The notes under the pieces were generated by a model. That model was not told the origin of the DNA. It was given only the letters and a program-made list of their open reading frames with translations, and did not search any database. A DNA stretch of 59,054 nucleotides, the filler included, from Platydemus manokwari (lineage: Eukaryota), in the NCBI GenBank assembly GCA_037951405.1. It is 5 parts of 5 records of this genome, joined end to end, with 100 filler letters (N's around TTAATTAATTAA, not from the genome) between each part and the next. Parts side by side here need not be neighbours in the genome. Positions count along the whole stretch, not along the records: positions 49,071 to 59,054 come from JBBMOY011181989.1; 4 more parts are not named here. One strand, written 5' to 3'. The position numbers and the translations under genes are program-made. Shown here piece after piece: positions 54,560-59,054 of this stretch (position 1 is its first letter; each line of letters opens with the position of its first letter).

Positions 54560-56178
54560 GGCGGCATCATTTTTTTTTGTTTTTCTACGTCGATGAAATC
54601 TTATCAAAATATAAAAAATACAACTTTAAAACATTTATTTGTGAAAATCGCATATGCAATTATACTGAAAGTGTTAGCAAACCATAACAGAGCCTAAAAA
54701 TAGCCCCAATCAGCTTCAGTGACAATCTGGAGGTGACGTGTAAAATTTTGAAACTCTCTTGTGAGCTTGACCTCCGATGTTGACTTAAAATATGGGCGAA
54801 AATCATTGCTAGTAGTTCCCGAAGATAAAGTAATCTATGAGGTTTATCTCGGGACTAGCAAATAAAATTTCGTTTTTATCATTAAGAAAATATATAAAGA
54901 TCAAAGTTAAAATTTTCTAGGTAGATCATTAATAAGACTGAAAAATTCAAGATTAAATTAATTTAAATTAATTTAAATAAATTGATTAGAATTGGTTAAA
55001 TTATTTAGTCTAAAAGATTTAAATTTAAATAAATCGATTAGAGATGGTTATTTGATTTATCCTGGAAGATGAAACCAAAGCAATGCGACACAAATTTCTT
55101 CGTTGCAACTTAAGCACGAAACAAATTTTCGGTTACCGAAATCTATTGCTTTCTTGTCAAAATTTTAGGAGCAGAGAACATCGCCAGCCTTTGAAGAATA
55201 CAGCAGGTTACCAAAGAGTTTGCAGGAGAACGGCGAACACTTTTTGAGTGAAAAGAAAGTTCACGAAGACTAAGAATGGGCACTACAAAAGAGAATGCCT
55301 TTATTGTGCGTAAAATGATTGAAGAAGATTGCCACTTAAGCCATTTCAAGAGTAACTGACATTAAATAAACGAGTGTTCGCCGGATATTGAAACAAGAAC
55401 TTGGATAGAAGTCACTTTGCAGGAGATGGAATATAAGAAGAGATTCAGAGTTGTCAAGAAATGTTGATAGTTTATTCGGCAAGAAGGGCTAAGAAAAAGA
55501 TCATTGTGATCAATGAAATACGGATTTACCTTCGAGACGTACCTCCTAAAGAATACAACCGTGTTTGGATGGATGGCACAGGTGATCGTCCAAATATTGT
55601 AAAGCGGACAATATCTGATCGCAAAGTTCTGATTATTGATGCCAACAACCATTGCAAAATCACTGACGTATTTCGAAACTCTTCACAACGGTAGGTCCAC
55701 CAACGGTGGGATATACCTATAACTCCTGCAGAATATGATTTTAAAATTTCAAACAAGACTACCCGCTTGGAAAATGGTCATTCAGCAGTACATTTAATTC
55801 GACTTTGGCTTGAGGAACATCGCCTGTCTATTAAAGCAATCAATCTATTCACCCTACACAAGTCTCATGGATCGCTTTTTCTCCAAGAACTACGAGTGCT
55901 ACCATCGTGGATAAAGCTACAGTAATTCAGAAGAGATGAGCAACCATTTTCGATAATATTTAGAGTCAACATCGGAGTCCAAACTCACAAGCGAGTTTCA
56001 AAACCTCCAGAGTGTCATTGAATCTGAAGGAGACTATGTTTTGTCTCTCTTATGATTTTCTAACACTTTCAGTATAATTGCACATCCGAATCTCACAAAT
56101 AAATGTTTTAAATTGTTTTTTTAGATTTTGATAAAATTTAATCGACAGAAAAAAGCGAAATTGTTTTTTGCCGGCCCT
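54560..56178 (+). mobile_element. degenerate mariner-like element with long (~250-280 bp) imperfect TIRs
   Basis: 54560-~54835 aligns to the reverse complement of ~55915-56178; TA at both flanks. Broken transposase: TEIYCFLVKILGAENIASL, ENAFIVRKMIEED, IIVINEIRIYLR..RVW..RP, YSPYTSLMDRF, IESEGDYV. Confidence 0.9.
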
Positions 56179-58980
56179 TAATAAATATTATAAATAATAA
56201 ATAAATATTTATATCATTTATCATTGAATCCATAAGATATAAAATTAATAATAAATCTTCCTCAAATTAAATATACAATGGTTTTACGTACATCGTTTTA
56301 AATTAATATCAAAAATACAAGGAAGTTTTTTGTTTTTTAAAGTCAGATGCTCGATCAAATATTGACAATCAAATTAACAATAACTTTTTTCTTACTAATT
56401 GTTAATGGAATGTCGATAATTTATTGTGATTTATCTACTTTTGATCACCTGTGAATTTGTTTTAATGGGCTTTCTCATTGTTGTAGGGGTAAATTTCCAA
56501 ATCTAATATAACAACAATTATGATTATTATCCTTTCTACCATTTACTAATGCTCTTAAAGTGGATTCGAAATCACTACCATTTTTCTAACACTTAATATC
56601 ACTCACCATTTGGCAATGAGTATCTATCCCAATTGGGATTGGGTTTTATAAAAGCATATCCATATTTATATCGTTTGAAAAAGCCTAATTAATTTCGTAA
56701 TAATTAATAATAAGAATTTCAATTGCATTGGACCAGCTATTATTAAAATAAAACAAGCTTTATAATTTGTTTAAATATTTATTTGACCTTGACAATTCAA
56801 ACTTCTAAAATGAATGAATCAGGAGAAACTAACGATTAATCCAACTATGAATAAGCAATAGATGAATCCACTAAGATTCTAACTGGTAATAATTATTCTA
56901 GAAAATTATTTCTGATATTCGAGAAATATATTACAATTTTCCTGAAAAATAATGTTTTCATTTTAATATATAATTTTAAGCATGAATTCAAATTGAAATT
57001 CCTGGGGTGTCTGAAAATTAAGTTCTGACTATTCTGTAAGCTAGAAAATTTTATTTTTGGTTTCGTTTCCAACTCAGAGATTCGCTTGAAATGAAACTGT
57101 TTAATTTTTTTTTTAATTTTTACCTGAGATATTATCTCATTATCATAAATGAAATAACAAATCAATTTTCAACTCGCATGGAATTGTTTTGTAATAGCTC
57201 GTTTTGATTTTGCGAACTCAAGCCTGACAGCAATAACGGTTTATAATTGGTTGTCAGAGATTTGTAAATTAGAAATAATTTAAACAACTTTAATCACAAC
57301 GTAATAATCCTTGGTAGTAAACTATTTAATTTAGTGTTTTTTGTTTTCAAAAGTTATGTTTTTAAAAATGTCTTGAATCATGCATGTTTGATCTGACTAA
57401 TATGATTAATAAATGAAATAAAATTAAGCACTTATTATATTATATATTTCCAAATACAGTTTTTATTTTCTTTATATGATATGTGTAAGTAGCAGCTACT
57501 TCGCTTGCAATTGATGTTTCAACAAAAGAAGTCATTATTACGATTTTCTTAATATTTATTTAATTACAACAAATAGTACAATTTTTAAACAAATTTTCTA
57601 GAGAGATTCCATTGTCAAACTTAATCAGGTATAGTTAAAGATATTTAAATCATTCAATTACTTTATTTTAAAAAATTCAAAATAAATTAAAAAATATTAA
57701 ACTGTAAAATATTAAAGTTCAAAATATTAACTTTAAAAATTTAAAAATATTAAATTCTAAAAATATACAAAATTATTTTAAATCGTAATTAAAATTTTTT
57801 CATTTTAAATTGTTATTATTATTTAAAATTATTATTGGTTAATTTTCCTCACAACTAGCAAAATCTTTATTAACATATGATCTAATATAATTGTTATAAA
57901 TAACTTGTTTAAAATCTTTATCGCAAATATGATTTTTAGTTTACACCATTTATTCTTTAAAAGTCACATTTGTCCGTAATTATGCGATATAATTATGATT
58001 TTATTATGCATCATTATTTTAACAATTACATTACTCAACTTTTCTTTTTCACTCATAATAAATTCGATAAATAAATTATCACACTCACTATAATATACTT
58101 AATATTTTTCCATTGGATATTTTTCAAGTCCTTCACATATAAAATTGTTCACAGCTAACTTGGTATAATCTAAAATTGTGAAAAATTTAAAATTAAATTT
58201 ATCACCTGATATATTTGAATTTGACATTTGAACTGCTATTTTATTTTCAGCAAACATTTTTGAGTAAGACTAAGTTATTTTTTATTATTAACAATTCTCG
58301 TTTTCTGGGATTCTCAATGAATTCTTCAATGAATTCATTATTTTTTTAGAATATCTTATTGAATTCGGATTGTAGACTATTTCCTCAATGAGAAAAATGA
58401 ACATCTGACTAGATTACCACAATAGCCTGATCGCAAATCTCCTATATTATATCCACTCAAGTCGCTCTTTGCAAACAGAAATCCAAAACTAAGCAACCCA
58501 TGACGATTGAGTATGTTGAAATATTTTGGATTTTGCTTTGATCGAAACTTTAAAAGTCGATATAAAAGTGATTTTATGCTATTTAATTCCTTTAAATGAC
58601 AATGCAGTACATATATATATGTATATGTATTCAGATAACAAAGATTAACGAGAAGATAATTGGAAATGACGATGTTTAGAACTCGATAATTAAATAGAAA
58701 GTGAACAGAAACTGTAAACCAGTGACGACATGTGGTTTTTGAATACATTTAAGAATAAATCAAAAATGCTAATGAAAAACAAATAATATGGAACCTGTTT
58801 TTATCTATACCTGATTAAGATTGACAATGAAATTTCTCTGGAAAAGGAATTTTAATTTGTTAAAAAATTGTTGGTATTAAATAAATATTAAGAAAATCGT
58901 AATAATGACTTCTTGTATTGAAACATCAATTTCAAGCTAAGTAACTGCTACTAACAGAACTCATATAAATTATGGTGGTA

Positions 58981-59054
58981 TTAGGTTGTTGGGAAAATAA
59001 TGGCCGTTTTTGCATTGCATATTTAAACTGTTAATATTTAACTAAAATCATTAG
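58981..59054. mobile_element. mariner TIR (Hsmar1/cecropia-like), element runs out of the window
   Basis: TA + TTAGGTTGTTGGGAAAATAATGGCCGTTTTT resembles cecropia-subfamily TIRs of the form TTAGGTTGGTGCAAAAGTAATTGCGGTTTT. Confidence 0.65.

Noticed and set aside
56400-58750. Minus-strand ORFs 56893-57165 and 58377-58748, with faint leucine-rich-repeat-like fragments
   Set aside because: Low-complexity AT-rich translations with stops; no coherent gene model.

Overview
AT-rich eukaryotic (metazoan) genomic DNA with short GT-AG introns, mostly about 44-75 nt. The composition and transposon families suggest a triclad flatworm (planarian), but that is inference. The window is five pieces joined by four identical 100-nt spacers (44 N + TTAATTAATTAA + 44 N), so adjacency across them is unproven. 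Host genes reconstructed by manual splicing: a compact tRNA-splicing endonuclease SEN2 (-), a five-finger C2H2 zinc-finger gene with a possible alternative last exon (+), a 5'-partial bestrophin (+), complete diphosphomevalonate decarboxylase MVD (+), 5'-partial MINDY3 deubiquitinase (+), an unusual coiled-coil/14-aa FG-repeat/single Ran-binding-domain nucleoporin-like gene (+) and casein kinase I alpha (-). The rest is largely decayed transposons: a Buster-type hAT split by a NeSL/R5-like non-LTR retrotransposon with a Ulp1-like protease remnant, a Ty3/Gypsy pol remnant, a mariner-like element whose ~270-bp TIRs overlap its own ORF, ends of other mariner and hAT elements, a Sola-like MITE, and a ~180-bp inverted duplication enclosing ~4.1 kb. 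No rRNA, tRNA or CRISPR array was seen. No clearly new multi-gene system is demonstrable; the best leads are the nucleoporin architecture, the protease-bearing retroelement inside a hAT and the long-TIR mariner.
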